DNA from: Candidatus Woodwardiibium gallinarum
Lineage (GTDB): Bacteria; Bacillota; Clostridia; Oscillospirales; CAG-382
Direction: 5' to 3'
Length of the DNA: 64,000 nt
NCBI GenBank assembly: GCA_904419545.1
Contig: CAJFRY010000004.1
Span: 9,435 to 73,434 of the forward strand
Below are positions 1 to 10,420 of the stretch, piece after piece. Position 1 is the first letter of the stretch; every line of letters starts with the position of its first letter. The position numbers were made by a program, and so were the translations under genes. Below the pieces are notes generated by a model. It was not told the origin of the DNA. It searched no databases and was given only the letters and a program-made list of their open reading frames with translations.

Positions 1-981
1 ACCCTCGCCATCCAGCGCTGCGCCGCCGACTCGGTATCGGAGGCGACGGTCTCAGTCGTCGACCTGCCGAATGACGAGATGAAGGGCCGCATCATCGGCC
101 GCGAGGGCCGCAACATACGCGCGATTGAAACGCTGACCGGCGTCGACCTGATCATCGACGACACGCCCGAGGCCATCACCATTTCCACCTTCAACCCGGT
201 GCGCCGCGAGATTGCGCGCATCGCACTCGAAAAGCTGATTTCCGACGGACGCATCCACCCCTCGCGCATCGAGGAAATGGTGGAAAAGAGCCGCAAGGAA
301 GTCGAAAATACGATCAAGAAGGAGGGCGAACAGGCCACCTTCGAGGTTGGCATCCACGGCATCAACCACGAGCTGGTTAAAATCCTCGGCCGGCTGAAGT
401 TCCGCACCAGCTATGGGCAGAACGTGCTCAAGCATTCCATAGAGGTCGCGCATATCGCCGGAATGATCGCCAGCGAGCTGGGCGTCGACGCAACGCTGGC
501 CAAGCGCGCCGGCTTGCTGCATGACATCGGCAAGGCGATGAGCCACGAGGTCGACGGCAGCCATGTGCAGATCGGCGTCGATCTGGCGCGCAAATACAAG
601 GAAAGCAAGGACGTCATCCACGCCATCGAGGCGCACCATGGCGACGTCGAGCCGACCACGCTGGTCGCGATGATCGTGCAGGCCGCCGACGCCATCAGCG
701 CCGCCCGTCCCGGTGCGCGCCGCGAGAATCTGGAAAATTACATCAAGCGCCTGCAGCGGCTTGAGGAGATCGCCAACTCGTTCGACGGGATCGAGAAATC
801 CTTCGCCATTCAGGCGGGCCGCGAAATCCGCATTATGGTCAAGCCCGAGCAGGTCGGCGACGACGATATGCTGTTCCTGTCCAAGGAGATCGCAAAAAAA
901 ATCGAGTCCGAGCTGGAATACCCCGGTCAGATCAAAATCCACCTCATCCGCGAGACACGTGCCTACGAATACGCAAAATAG
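1..981 (+). CDS. rny: Ribonuclease Y, C-terminal part (5' end cut by window edge)
   Basis: The reading frame is open from nt 1. The translation shows a KH motif ([15 protein letters not shown]) and an HD domain (LLHDIGKA...EAHHGD) typical of RNase Y. The stop codon is at 979-981. Confidence 0.9.
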   Translation, partial: TLAIQRCAADSVSEATVSVVDLPNDEMKGRIIGREGRNIRAIETLTGVDLIIDDTPEAITISTFNPVRREIARIALEKLISDGRIHPSRIEEMVEKSRKEVENTIKKEGEQATFEVGIHGINHELVKILGRLKFRTSYGQNVLKHSIEVAHIAGMIASELGVDATLAKRAGLLHDIGKAMSHEVDGSHVQIGVDLARKYKESKDVIHAIEAHHGDVEPTTLVAMIVQAADAISAARPGARRENLENYIKRLQRLEEIANSFDGIEKSFAIQAGREIRIMVKPEQVGDDDMLFLSKEIAKKIESELEYPGQIKIHLIRETRAYEYAK

Positions 982-1437
982 GTTCCGGATTGCCGCGTGT
1001 GCTTTTCCGCACGCAGGAAACGGGGCTGTACATAAGGTCCGCACACCGTTCTCCGGCGGCAGCGCTGCCGCCGGAGAATTTTTCTGTATTTCAAGCGCCG
1101 CTTCGAAGGCTTGCCGCCCTTCACATCCGCATCCGCACGCAGAAAATCTGTTTTTTCGCGCCGTCCGCGATTGACCGGCCGCCAAACCGGCCGCGGCAAA
1201 AGGCAAAGGGCCTTTGGCGCAGCGCTTCGGAGGACTTGCCGGAATCGGAGTTTTCTGCTGTGCCCGTTTCAAAGCTGAGATGATGCGGCGCAGGCCGCCC
1301 GCCGCGCTTCCCCTGCCGCAGCGCCGCCTTTGGACGCGGGGAGCACCCGTGACGATTGACAACAAATTCAGAAAGAATGCCGTTCTGCGCGTTGCGCAGA
1401 AGGTCCTGCGGTATGCGGCGTTTGGGAAACCGAGCGT

Positions 1438-1660
1438 AAAAGTTCAAGCGCAAAGCGCTTGAACTTTGCAAGATTTTGCCTTCGGCAAAACTTGATTCGA
1501 AAGAAACAGGGTAAAAAAGTTCAAGCGCAAAGCGCTTGAACTTTGCAAGATTTTGCCTTCGGCAAAACTTGCTTCGAAAGTAAAGGAGATAAAGTTCAAG
1601 CGCAAAGTGCCGGATCTTTGCAAGGTTCTGCCTTCGGTAAAACCTTGCATCAAAAAATGG
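1438..1660. repeat. Three tandem copies (period 75-77 nt) of a structured repeat unit; the third copy is degenerate
   Basis: The GTTCAAGCGC unit start recurs at 1442, 1519 and 1594. Each unit has hairpin A (GTTCAAGCGC-AAA-GCGCTTGAAC), then TTT, then hairpin B (GCAAGATTTTGCC-TTC-GGCAAAACTTGC), then TTCGAAAG. Confidence 0.85.
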
Positions 1661-1673
1661 GGGGGTACGTCCG

Positions 1674-2312
1674 ATGCATACGATTCCCGAGTTGTTCGAC
1701 CTGTCCCGTCCCTTCGTGGCGCACGCGCCGCAGACGGCAGAGCTTCTGCTGGGGCTGTCTATCCTTGCCCCGACTGTCGTTCTGCTCATGCTGGCCGTCC
1801 CGGCGGCCCGCCGGAAATGGGGCAAGCCCCTGCGGGGCTGGCTGCTCGGCCTGTCCGCCGGGCTTTCCCCGCTCGTCGCTGCTCTCCCGTTTATGAGTCT
1901 GCGCGCATTTGGTGCGGGCATTGCTGCGTTTTTCGGAACGACGCCCGCCGTCCGGGATACGCTCGGCTTCCCGTGGAACGCCGACCTGCTTGCGCTCGAA
2001 TTGTTTTGGATTGCCGTCATCTGCTTTTATCTTGCCGACCCTCTCCCCGGCCGCCGGCGGACGGTCACCGTGAGCCTTCTGGCCGGTGCAATCGCACTCG
2101 ACGTCCTTTACGGCCGTTATCTGCAGGCCCGTCTGGATGCGGCGGAAACGGTACAGTATGCCGAAAACACGCTGGGGCTGCATGTCGATCTGCCGTCCGT
2201 TTTGTTTGTACTGCTCAATCTGACCGCTCTTGCGCTTCCGCTTTGCAGTACGCTGCGCAATAGAAGCGCGACGGCGGAACCAGGTCTGCTGCTCAGGCGG
2301 AGGAAAGATTAG
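1674..2312 (+). CDS. Hypothetical polytopic membrane protein
   Basis: 212-aa ORF with several hydrophobic helices and a G-rich stretch 9 nt upstream of the ATG. No family was recognised. Confidence 0.55.
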   Translation: MHTIPELFDLSRPFVAHAPQTAELLLGLSILAPTVVLLMLAVPAARRKWGKPLRGWLLGLSAGLSPLVAALPFMSLRAFGAGIAAFFGTTPAVRDTLGFPWNADLLALELFWIAVICFYLADPLPGRRRTVTVSLLAGAIALDVLYGRYLQARLDAAETVQYAENTLGLHVDLPSVLFVLLNLTALALPLCSTLRNRSATAEPGLLLRRRKD

Positions 2313-2320
2313 AAGCGCCA

Positions 2321-2470
2321 AAAGTTCAAGCGCAAAGCACTTGAACTTTGCAAGATTTTGCCTTCGGCAAAACTTGCTTCGAAAGAAATAGGATAAAATG
2401 TATAAGCACAAAGCGTCTGCGCTTTGCAAGGTTTTGCCTTCGGCAAAACTTGTCCCTGCTTTCGAACCTG
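2321..2470. repeat. Two further copies of the same 76-nt structured repeat; the second copy is degenerate
   Basis: AAAGTTCAAGCGCAAAGCACTTGAACTTTGCAAGATTTTGCCTTCGGCAAAACTTGCTTCGAAAG at 2321-2386 is near-identical to the units at 1438-1590. A diverged copy follows. Confidence 0.8.
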
Positions 2471-2590
2471 CCTGCGTTCTCCGTTCGCGGTCGGACCGCT
2501 TCCGCTTACCCTCGCCGCCGCGGCGGACATTCTGCGCATCGATTCTGTCCATGCCCCGAGCACAGAAACACAATTTGGCAGATTGTTTTT

Positions 2591-2746
2591 ACGGAAAACC
2601 CGCTCGGCCTGTATGTCGACGCGCTGTTCGTGATCTTCACGCTCCTCAACCTTGCCGCCGCAGCTCTGCCGCTTTGGGACGCGTTCCGCCGCATGCCGCG
2701 CGAAGAAAGTGCCGCGCCGTCTGCAGGCCATCACGAATCCGTTTGA
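2591..2746 (+). pseudogene. C-terminal remnant paralogous to the 1674..2312 membrane protein
   Basis: TENPLGLYVDALFVIFTLLNLAAAALPLWDAFRRM aligns by eye with AENTLGLHVDLPSVLFVLLNLTALALPLCSTLRNR (nt 2160-2270). Upstream, the frame runs into the repeat units, so no credible N-terminus exists. Confidence 0.4.
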
Positions 2747-3337
2747 TTTGTTTCGCCCTTCGTCATACCCCGATTGCCCGCTTTCGGCAGACTGCGAATT
2801 TTCCGCACTGCGGGGCTTTGCCCGCACGGCAGCATGGGAAAACCGGACTTGTGCATTCCAAACCGTCATACGGTCCCGGCGCTGCGCGACTGCCCGATTT
2901 GCCGTTCGCAGCGCACGCGGAACGTGCCGTGCGATGCATTCGTGCACATCCGCGGGAAAAAGCACGTCTCCGAAACAGGCCGGGCCAAACGCCCTCTCCA
3001 CCGCTTCCATATGCGTCAGACGGGACCTCGTCTGAAGGCATCCGTCTGACCGAACGGCGATGTGCCGACGGGAACGGAAAGCCATTTCGCTGAAAGGAGT
3101 TTTTACGATGCTGTATGAAACCCTGCGCGGCGTAGAACCCTTAAGGAAGCTGTACCACACCGCCATTTATCGGAATGCCTGCGACGTCATCCACGCGCCG
3201 GCTGCGGAGGCCGTCCTGCGGCTTCTGATTCGCGAGCTGCTGCGACGGGAAAACCGAGCAGCTCCGCAAAAAGGCACCTTTGAAAAAACCAACCGCGCAC
3301 CGCACCGGCTGCGCGGGAAAGGAACGACGCACACCTT

Positions 3338-5356
3338 ATGAAAAAGATTCTCTTCATCACCCCCGAACGCTTTCGGGAAAGCGACCTGATCACCGTGCTC
3401 CGCCGTGTCGGCTGCGAGCTGACGCTCGTCCCGAAAACCGACCTGCCCGGGCTGGACGCGTCCGGCTACGACGCGATCGTGCTGTCCGGCGGCACGGAAA
3501 ACGAGCCGATGACCTTCACCCCCGCCGAGCGCGAGGCGGCCGACCGTCTGAGCCGCTCAGGCGTGCGGATGTTCGCCGAGTTCTGCCAGTACCTCGGCTC
3601 GATCAACTGCCCGAACGTCGAAAGCACACGCTATGCGCGGCCGATCGCGCGCTTCCGCTACGGCGAGATCACCGAGGGCGACATCCTCGACGAGCAGTGC
3701 AACACCCGCGTCGTGCATTTCTATGCATCGGCCGACCGGCTTCCGCTGTTGAGCTACCGCTCCAACCCGGAGGGCTTCTATTCGCTGAAAAACTTTGCGG
3801 AGGCCGAGTTCCCCGCCTCCGCCGACGCGCTCTGGACCGAGCACGAAACGCTGCTGTTCTGCACCTTCCGGCTGGCCGACTTCGCCAAGGGCTGCTTTGC
3901 GCCCAAGCGGAAGTGGTTCTCGCTCGTCGGCTTCATCCTGCTGTGGCTGACCGGCGAGCGGCACGACCTCTCCTTCCTCGACGCGTACTACGCCGAAGCC
4001 GCCTATTCGACCGTTCCCTGCGAGGGGACCGACCTCGAGTTCGCACAAACCGTCGAACGCGCGATGGACTGGCACGAGAAGGGCGGCTTCCTGCTGCCGC
4101 CTGACGGAACCGGCTGCCGCGCCGTCCTTGAAGGCGTGGGCGCCGCCGTCCTGCCCGACGGGACGCACAGCGCGCTGCACAACTACACCACCGTTTCCAC
4201 CGGTGAAACGGCGCTGGCCTATTATCTGAAATCCCTCTATACCGGCGACGGGGCCGCGCGCCGCATCAGCGACGAGCTGCTCGCATCGGGGCGGCTGCAC
4301 ATCGCCGACGCGGCGGACGCGACCGACGGCTGGGGCCGCAGCGGCGACAACGCATGGTGGAACGTCTGCTATCAGGACGACGACGCGCGCGGGCTGCTCT
4401 TCCCGCGGCTGCTGCGCGCGCTCTACGGCGACGAGCTGCCCGACGAGGACGCCGTCCGCCGCAATCTGGACTTCCTGCTGCGCACCACCGGCCGCGACGG
4501 GCTGCGCGTCGCGCGCACCGAGCTGGTGGACGACAGACGGCTGCTCATCCAGACCTTTGAAATCGAACCCGACGCGGCCCGTGACGGTAAATGGCGCTGG
4601 GGCGGCGGCCGCACGCTGCCGATTGCCGAACTGGCCGGTCAGGACGGCGGCTCGCCAAGCGCGCACTACAACGGATACTACCTCGCGTCGCTGCTGCTGG
4701 CATACAAGGTGCTGGGCGACGAAAAATACCGCGACACGGCCGTGCGCGGGCTGGAGACGATCATGGCACACTTCCCGAACACCGCGCGCGAGCACAGCGA
4801 AACGCAGGAGCTTTGCCGGCTGATTCTCCCGCTGTCCTACCTCTACTGGGTCACGGGCGAGGAAAAGCACCGCGAATGGCTGTACGCGGTCACGCGGTCG
4901 CTGCTCGAGAAGCAGCATGCCAGCGGCGCCTTCATCGAATGGGATACCGGCTACAACGCCTGCTGCGCGGGCGCGAAGGACGGCGAGTCGAGCGTGCTTG
5001 CGGCCAACGGCGACCCGGTGGCGGATATGCTGTACTCGATGAACTGGCTGCCGTTCGCGCTGATTCAGGCGTATTTCATCACGCACGACGACATGTTCCT
5101 CATCCTCTGGCGGCGGGTCTGCACATTTCTCGCTTCCATCCAGCTGCACAGCCGCGACAGGCTGATCGACGGCGCGTGGCCGCGCGCGTTTGACGTCGAG
5201 CAGCAGGAGGTCTACGGCGTGCCGAACGACGTGGGCTGGTCCCCGTGGTCGATCGAGTGCGGCTGGACGATGGGACAGATCCCCATCGGCTTCTACTGCG
5301 GCCTGCTGCGCGACCGGCTGCTGGCGTTCTACGGAAGGCCGGGTGAGGCGCGGTGA
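3338..5356 (+). CDS. Hypothetical 672-aa protein, function not recognised
   Basis: Long ORF with coding-like composition. Its TGA overlaps the GTG start of ymdB (GTGA). No catalytic motif was recognised by eye. Confidence 0.6.
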   Translation: MKKILFITPERFRESDLITVLRRVGCELTLVPKTDLPGLDASGYDAIVLSGGTENEPMTFTPAEREAADRLSRSGVRMFAEFCQYLGSINCPNVESTRYARPIARFRYGEITEGDILDEQCNTRVVHFYASADRLPLLSYRSNPEGFYSLKNFAEAEFPASADALWTEHETLLFCTFRLADFAKGCFAPKRKWFSLVGFILLWLTGERHDLSFLDAYYAEAAYSTVPCEGTDLEFAQTVERAMDWHEKGGFLLPPDGTGCRAVLEGVGAAVLPDGTHSALHNYTTVSTGETALAYYLKSLYTGDGAARRISDELLASGRLHIADAADATDGWGRSGDNAWWNVCYQDDDARGLLFPRLLRALYGDELPDEDAVRRNLDFLLRTTGRDGLRVARTELVDDRRLLIQTFEIEPDAARDGKWRWGGGRTLPIAELAGQDGGSPSAHYNGYYLASLLLAYKVLGDEKYRDTAVRGLETIMAHFPNTAREHSETQELCRLILPLSYLYWVTGEEKHREWLYAVTRSLLEKQHASGAFIEWDTGYNACCAGAKDGESSVLAANGDPVADMLYSMNWLPFALIQAYFITHDDMFLILWRRVCTFLASIQLHSRDRLIDGAWPRAFDVEQQEVYGVPNDVGWSPWSIECGWTMGQIPIGFYCGLLRDRLLAFYGRPGEAR

Positions 5357-6150
5357 AGCTGCTGGCACTCGGCGACGTGGTCGGCGCCTACGGCACGCGC
5401 GAGACGGCCGCCCTTCTGCCCAGACTGCGGCGCGAGACGGGCGCGGACTTCGTCGTTGTCAACGCCGAGAACGCCGCGCCCGGCAACGGCACCGACCCCG
5501 CGTCCGCCGAGCTGCTGCTGGAGTCGGGAGCCGATGTGCTCACCGGCGGCAACCACACGCTGCGGCGGTACGACTTTTTCGACCTGCTCAACGAGCACGA
5601 CTGCATCCTCCGGCCGCTCAACTATCCTGCCGCCGCGCCGGGGAAGGGCTTTACCATTCTGCGCGGGCCGGAGGGGCTGCGCATCCTGGTGATGTCGCTC
5701 TGCGGACAGGTATTTATGGGACCGGCAGACAACCCCTTCACCGCAGCCGAGCGGCTGCTGGCCGGGCAGCGCGGGAACTACGACATCGCCGTCGCCGACT
5801 TCCACGCCGAAGCGACGAGCGAAAAACTGGCGTTCGCCCACCGGTTCGACGGTGAAATCCAGATCATGTTCGGCACCCACACGCACGTCCAGACCGCCGA
5901 CGAGCAGCTTCTCGACAAGGGCAGCGGCTACATCACCGACCTTGGGATGTGCGGCGATACAAGCGGCGTGCTCGGCGTAAAAAGCGAGTGCGTCATCAGC
6001 GACTTTACGACGAAGGTGCATATGCGTTTCGAGGGGGCGGAGGGGCATTTTGCCGCCTGCGGCGCACTGTTCACGCTGGACACGCGCACCCGCTGCGTGA
6101 CCGAAGTCAAACGCATATGTACTTGCAAAACCGAAACGGGTATGATATAA
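5353..6150 (+). CDS. ymdB: YmdB-family metallophosphoesterase (2',3'-cyclic-nucleotide 2'-phosphodiesterase)
   Basis: MKLLALGDVVG...VVVNAENAAPGNG...GGNH...HAEATSEK...GTHTHVQTAD matches the YmdB calcineurin-like signature. It lies downstream of rny, as in Bacillus. Confidence 0.85.
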   Translation: MKLLALGDVVGAYGTRETAALLPRLRRETGADFVVVNAENAAPGNGTDPASAELLLESGADVLTGGNHTLRRYDFFDLLNEHDCILRPLNYPAAAPGKGFTILRGPEGLRILVMSLCGQVFMGPADNPFTAAERLLAGQRGNYDIAVADFHAEATSEKLAFAHRFDGEIQIMFGTHTHVQTADEQLLDKGSGYITDLGMCGDTSGVLGVKSECVISDFTTKVHMRFEGAEGHFAACGALFTLDTRTRCVTEVKRICTCKTETGMI

Positions 6151-6446
6151 TGGGTCTGTGACCGGAAACCGCAGCTCCATTATACGAGTTGCGGCCTGCG
6201 GCCCCGGCTCGGGGTGTTTCCGCGGCAGAGCCGTGAAAACGTTCCGGCTTTGTACGGTGTTCCGCTTATGAAGACAGCCGTCCGGCTTCAACTCGGCCCC
6301 TGCCCGGCTTCGTTCCGGCAGGAAATCAGTCCGTTCGGCCGGCTGCGGATAAAAGCGTTATCCTTACGGACACGCCGCTCAGGCCGACCGGCCCCGATTC
6401 CCGTCCCGAAATATTACGACCGAAAACAGAAAGGACAAACAACATC

Positions 6447-6803
6447 ATGACAACCTTCTTCAAGCTCCTCGACTCCGCAGCGGACGCAACTGCCGAACAG
6501 GGCGGCTGGCTGAGCACGCTGCTGACCTTCCTGCCCTTTGTGCTGCTGATCGTGGTCTTCTACTTTATGCTCATCCGCCCGCAGAAAAAGCAGCAGCGCG
6601 AGCTGGACGCGATGCGCAGCTCGATTGCCAAGGGCGACATTGTGACCACGAAGGGCGGCATCGTCGGCATTGTCGTCAACATCAAGGACGACATGCTTCT
6701 GCTCCAGACCGGCGGCGAAAAGACGACCATCCAGGTGCAGAAATGGGCCGTCGCGACGGTCGAATCCCGCCACGAAGAGAAAAGCGACGAAACCGAAAAA
6801 TAA
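6447..6803 (+). CDS. yajC: Preprotein translocase subunit YajC
   Basis: Single N-terminal TM helix followed by IRPQKKQQRE...GDIVTTKGGIVG, typical of YajC. Confidence 0.85.
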   Translation: MTTFFKLLDSAADATAEQGGWLSTLLTFLPFVLLIVVFYFMLIRPQKKQQRELDAMRSSIAKGDIVTTKGGIVGIVVNIKDDMLLLQTGGEKTTIQVQKWAVATVESRHEEKSDETEK

Positions 6804-6968
6804 ACGCTTCCGTCCGGAACGGGAGCATGCCTGCATCCGGCTGATGCGGGCAGGTGCTGCGGTCAGTCAATCGTATAAGTAAGAGCGTCCCCTGCCGCAT
6901 ACGGCAAATCCGGCATTTGCAGGAGATGCGGACTTTGACGCCCGAAATTCCGAAAGGAGTCATCAGGT

Positions 6969-8207
6969 ATGACAAAAGCATTGATGAAAAAATATGCGCG
7001 CCTGATTGCGCGCGTGGGCGCCAACGTCCAGAAGGGACAGGGCGTGATGCTCTACGCCGAGACGGCACAGGCGCCGTTCGCCGCGCTGGTGGCCGAGGCC
7101 TGCTATAAAGCCGGCGCCAAGTGGGTGGAGGTCAACTGGTCCTACCAGCCGCTGACCAAGCTCGATTACCGCTACCAGAAGCTGGAGACCCTCTGTAACG
7201 TCCCCAAATACAAAGAAGAAAAATTCAGGATGTATGCCGACGAGCTGCCCTGTATGATCCATATCCTCTCCGAGGACCCCGACGGGCTGGCGGGCATCGA
7301 TCAGGAAAAGATGCAGAAGGCCGGCATCGCGCGCCATAAGGTGCTCAAGCCCTACAACGACGCAATGGAAAACCGTTACCAGTGGACCATCGCCGCCGTC
7401 CCCTCGCCCGAATGGGCGCAGAAGGTGTTCCCCGGCGAGACGAAGGCACGCGCCGTCGCTTTGCTGTGGGACGCGATCCTGCAGACCGTCCGCGTCAGCG
7501 CGGACAACGACCCCGTCGCCGCGTGGAAGGCCCACAACGAGACCTTCGCCCGCTACGCGAAGGCGCTCAACGACGCAAAATTTGACACGCTGGAATATAA
7601 GAGCGCCAACGGCACGGATTTCCGCGTCACGCTCAACCCGCGCGGGATCTGGAAGGGCGGCTGCGACAAAACGCTTGCGGGCGTGCAGCACAACCCGAAC
7701 ATGCCCACCGAGGAGATTTTCACCACACCGCTCAAGGGCAAGGCCGAGGGACGGCTGGTTTCGACCAAGCCGCTTTCCTATCAGGGGCAGCTCATCGAGG
7801 ACTTCTCCATCGACTTCAAAGACGGCAGGGCCGTCGCGTGGCGCGCGGCGAAGAACGAATCGCTGCTCGGGCAGATGCTCTCGATGGACGAGGGCGCGCC
7901 CTTCCTGGGCGAGCTGGCGCTCGTCCCGGTCGAATCCCCTGTCAACCAAACGGGAATTTTGTTCTACAACACGCTGTTTGACGAAAACGCGAGCTGCCAT
8001 GTGGCGCTCGGCCGCGGGTTCGCCGACTGCCTGGAGGGCTTTGAAACGATGTCCAAGCAGGAGCAGACCGACGCCGGCGTCAACGACAGCATCATCCACG
8101 TCGATTTTATGGTCGGCGCGAACGACCTGTCTGTCACCGGTTTTAAGGACGGCAGGGCGGTCAAAGTCTTTGAGAACGGCACGTGGGCCGAGGGCTTCGG
8201 CGGCTGA
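6969..8207 (+). CDS. Aminopeptidase, M29 (AmpS/PepS) family
   Basis: 412 aa. The N-terminus (KKYARLIARVGANVQKGQ) and the C-terminal HVALG...IHVDFM motifs are typical of thermophilic-type M29 aminopeptidases. Confidence 0.85.
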   Translation: MTKALMKKYARLIARVGANVQKGQGVMLYAETAQAPFAALVAEACYKAGAKWVEVNWSYQPLTKLDYRYQKLETLCNVPKYKEEKFRMYADELPCMIHILSEDPDGLAGIDQEKMQKAGIARHKVLKPYNDAMENRYQWTIAAVPSPEWAQKVFPGETKARAVALLWDAILQTVRVSADNDPVAAWKAHNETFARYAKALNDAKFDTLEYKSANGTDFRVTLNPRGIWKGGCDKTLAGVQHNPNMPTEEIFTTPLKGKAEGRLVSTKPLSYQGQLIEDFSIDFKDGRAVAWRAAKNESLLGQMLSMDEGAPFLGELALVPVESPVNQTGILFYNTLFDENASCHVALGRGFADCLEGFETMSKQEQTDAGVNDSIIHVDFMVGANDLSVTGFKDGRAVKVFENGTWAEGFGG

Positions 8208-8335
8208 AGCGCCGCCTTCCGCGCGGATTTGAAAATTCCGCCGCGATGCAAATTTTATCCGACAGCAGCCCAATCGGGCAAAATCAGCGCTTTTGAACCG
8301 CTGTGCCCTACGGTCAAGAAAGGATAGTCATAACA

Positions 8336-9943
8336 ATGAAAAAGCTGCTTGCCCTTTTCCTGCTCTGCGTGCTGCTGACACTGTCCGTCACAGCGGCCTG
8401 TGCGCGCCGTACACCGGCCGTCAGCACCCAAACAAACGATGAGAGCGGGAACGCCGAACGGGAGTCCAGCGTTTCAGCTATGTCGTCGAACGCGGCCGAG
8501 GTATCCCTGGCCGACTCCTTCGGCGAAACCGGCATCAGCGACGGCGCCGTGTCCGCACCGGGCGATGCCGAACCGGAAACGCCGGAGGAGCTGCTGCTCT
8601 CGCAGCTCGGCAATATGGATCTGGGAGGTTTTAACTGCCACATCCTCGTTTCGGCGGAACAAGACCTTGCAGGCCAGCTTGCCGCCGAGGAGAACAAGCC
8701 GGACGTTTTGAACACAGCCGTTGCGGAAAGGAACGAGTTGCTCGAAACGCTCTACGGGTTCACGCTCAGCGTCCGCACCGTTGAAGGCTGCGATGAGCTG
8801 CTGGATGCGGTCCGGACAGATCTGATTGCAGGTCTGCAAACCGTCAACCTGTTTGCAGGCGGCGCCCATGCGGTCGGTTTTTTGTCTATCGAAGGCGCGG
8901 CCTATGACTTCGCGGCAGACGAATTCGACGCGGGCCTGCGGCTCGACGCCCCGTGGTGGGACGGCGCGCTCCTTGACGCGCTTGCCGTCGGCGGCCGCGC
9001 AACGCTGCTTTCCGGCGACGTGATGCTCTCGTCCGCCGAACGGCTCGAGGTGCTTTACTGCAACCAAAGCCTGCTTCGCGAGCACGGACTGACCGACCCG
9101 TTCGCCCTTTTTGAAGGCGGCGAATGGTCTCCCGAAGCGCTCATCCGCCTCTGCCGCGACGCATCCGCCGCCGGGCTGACCGGAATGGTCGGCAACGAGA
9201 GCATGGTCGACGGGCTGATGACCGCCGCCGGAGCGCCGATGCTGCGGCTGGCGGAGGACGGCACGGTCGAGCCGTCCGAGGCCGAGGTGCTGGCAGAACG
9301 GTTTGCGGAACTTTTTTCGCTGCTGTCCGATGAGAGTGCCTGGCGGTATTCCCGGGTGTATGACTACAGCTTCGGCTGCGATGCCGACGCTCCGCTTGAC
9401 GCGCTGTTTTACGGCGGAGAAGCGCTGTTTATGATCATGCCGCTCGGCGATGCCGACGCGGAAGCGCTGCGCACGATGGAGGACGAATACGCGATCCTCC
9501 CGCTGCCGTCAGGGGACGGAGCGAATCTTTCCGCGCCGATTGACAGCCACGGTTACCCCGTTATCGCCCTGTCGGTCGGAGCCCCGCTGGACGATCTTCC
9601 CAAGGCCGCAGCGGTGTTGGACGCGCTTGCCTGCTACAATCATTTTTATATCGAACCGCAATACCGGCGAGCGATGCTGAAACGCTTCGGGCTCGAAGCT
9701 CAAGCGGCTCTGATCGATGAGCTTTTGGATGCGCAGACGGCCGACCCTGTCGGCGTGTTCGATGCGGGAAGTTCGCCCCTGCGCTTTTTCTCCGAAGCGC
9801 TCCTGGATCTGGAAGAGCGCGAAAACGGCTTGTCAAACGGGGACGATTTTGATTTTGTGCAGACCGCCGCAGACCGCATGGCAGCCTTCGCCCGTATGGC
9901 TGCGGACGACATCCAATACTGCATCGATCTTTACAACGATTGA
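8336..9943 (+). CDS. Lipoprotein, solute-binding-protein-like; paralog of 52183..53643
   Basis: The internal ATG at 8336 is preferred because of an AGGA upstream. The signal peptide carries a lipobox (LSVTAAC). It resembles the 52183 product (for example VAERNELLETLYG versus VKRNELMAAKYG). Confidence 0.65.
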   Translation: MKKLLALFLLCVLLTLSVTAACARRTPAVSTQTNDESGNAERESSVSAMSSNAAEVSLADSFGETGISDGAVSAPGDAEPETPEELLLSQLGNMDLGGFNCHILVSAEQDLAGQLAAEENKPDVLNTAVAERNELLETLYGFTLSVRTVEGCDELLDAVRTDLIAGLQTVNLFAGGAHAVGFLSIEGAAYDFAADEFDAGLRLDAPWWDGALLDALAVGGRATLLSGDVMLSSAERLEVLYCNQSLLREHGLTDPFALFEGGEWSPEALIRLCRDASAAGLTGMVGNESMVDGLMTAAGAPMLRLAEDGTVEPSEAEVLAERFAELFSLLSDESAWRYSRVYDYSFGCDADAPLDALFYGGEALFMIMPLGDADAEALRTMEDEYAILPLPSGDGANLSAPIDSHGYPVIALSVGAPLDDLPKAAAVLDALACYNHFYIEPQYRRAMLKRFGLEAQAALIDELLDAQTADPVGVFDAGSSPLRFFSEALLDLEERENGLSNGDDFDFVQTAADRMAAFARMAADDIQYCIDLYND

Positions 9944-10034
9944 TCAGCCGGCAGGCCGCCGAACAAACGGGAACGGCCGACACGATGCGGGTGTGCCGCA
10001 CAAGAGCGGTGCGACCGCCGAAAAAAACAAATCC

Positions 10035-10074
10035 GCAGGACGGCAGGGCCCAGGCCATGCCGTCCTGCTTTTTT
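10035..10074 (+). terminator. Rho-independent terminator after the lipoprotein gene
   Basis: 11-bp stem GCAGGACGGCA/TGCCGTCCTGC followed by TTTTTT. Confidence 0.75.
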
Positions 10075-10420
10075 GCCGTTCTGCGGGAACGCCGTGCCGT
10101 CCGCCGGCGAATCCCGAACTCTCGGCCGAGCCGTATGCGTTCTCGGCCCGTTTCGGGTACAGACGCAGTGTTTCTTATACGGAAACGCAATTCAAAAATG
10201 CACAGAAAATCGAATATAAGCAGAGTTTGCAATGCCTTCCGCCAAGCATAATCAAATTATGTGAAGCCTTGCCGGGCAAAATCAGATGATACGAAACATA
10301 ATCTTAGATATATGGAATATGTGAGGTTTTTCCGCCTTACAGTTTAATTGCGTTTTCGTATGATGTATTACTGCGCGCACGTCCGGTCCCTTGCCGCCCG
10401 TATATGCTTTCGGGTCATGC

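Noticed and set aside
1438-2470. The tandem repeats considered as a CRISPR array.
   Set aside because: The units abut directly with no unique spacers. The unit length of about 76 nt is too long, no cas genes are present, and the second array is separated from the first by a gene.
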